The notes under the pieces: generated by a model | Told to the model about the DNA's origin: nothing | What the model saw: only the letters and a program-made list of their open reading frames with translations | Database searches by the model: none | DNA from: a virus | Lineage: Duplodnaviria; Caudoviricetes | Direction: 5' to 3' (one strand) | DNA length: 26,073 nucleotides | IMG/VR virus record: IMGVR_UViG_3300032266_000499 | Coordinates: 1-26,073 of that record | In this document: positions 26,060-26,073 of the stretch, one piece after another | Layout: each line of letters starts with the position of its first letter | Position numbering within the stretch: the first letter of the stretch is position 1 | Program-made: the position numbers and the translations under genes

Positions 26060-26073
26060 TGGACCGCGTAAAC

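Noticed and set aside
1-26073. CRISPR array, tRNA genes, integrase/att site, alternative genetic code, or satellite (PICI-like) identity
   Set aside because: No repeat-spacer pattern, cloverleaf or recombinase motif noticed; genes read intact in code 11; own head, tail and lysis genes are present

Overview
The window looks like a complete or near-complete, compact (~26 kb) HK97-type tailed phage (siphovirus) genome. It is apparently opened at its cos site: terS starts 60 bp from the left end and the HNH packaging nuclease ends 14 bp from the right end. Gene order: packaging (terS, terL), head (portal, protease, capsid), connectors, tail (tube, -1 frameshifted chaperones, terminator, tape measure, hub/fibres), lysis region with an embedded metallophosphoesterase and DUF3310 gene, a leftward RecE/RecT-like pair, then SSB, HTH, SF2 helicase, VRR-NUC, small ORFs, a DnaA-C-like HTH protein, a likely origin, a primase-SF3 helicase and HNH. 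I recognised no integrase, DNA polymerase, tRNA, CRISPR array or reverse transcriptase. TAnnTTTG promoter octamers point to a Bacteroidota host (inference). The most striking signal is regulatory. (i) A bipartite element, TTGTAAC(A/G)AA-N18-TA-initiated -7-like octamer, recurs four times with identical spacing ahead of structural modules. (ii) At least eight start codons sit exactly 4 nt after the -7-like octamer, suggesting leaderless mRNAs. (iii) A 36-bp symmetric bidirectional promoter carries a TTGCA-N4-TGCAA palindrome that recurs elsewhere. Family assignments come from motif recognition and synteny, not database searches.
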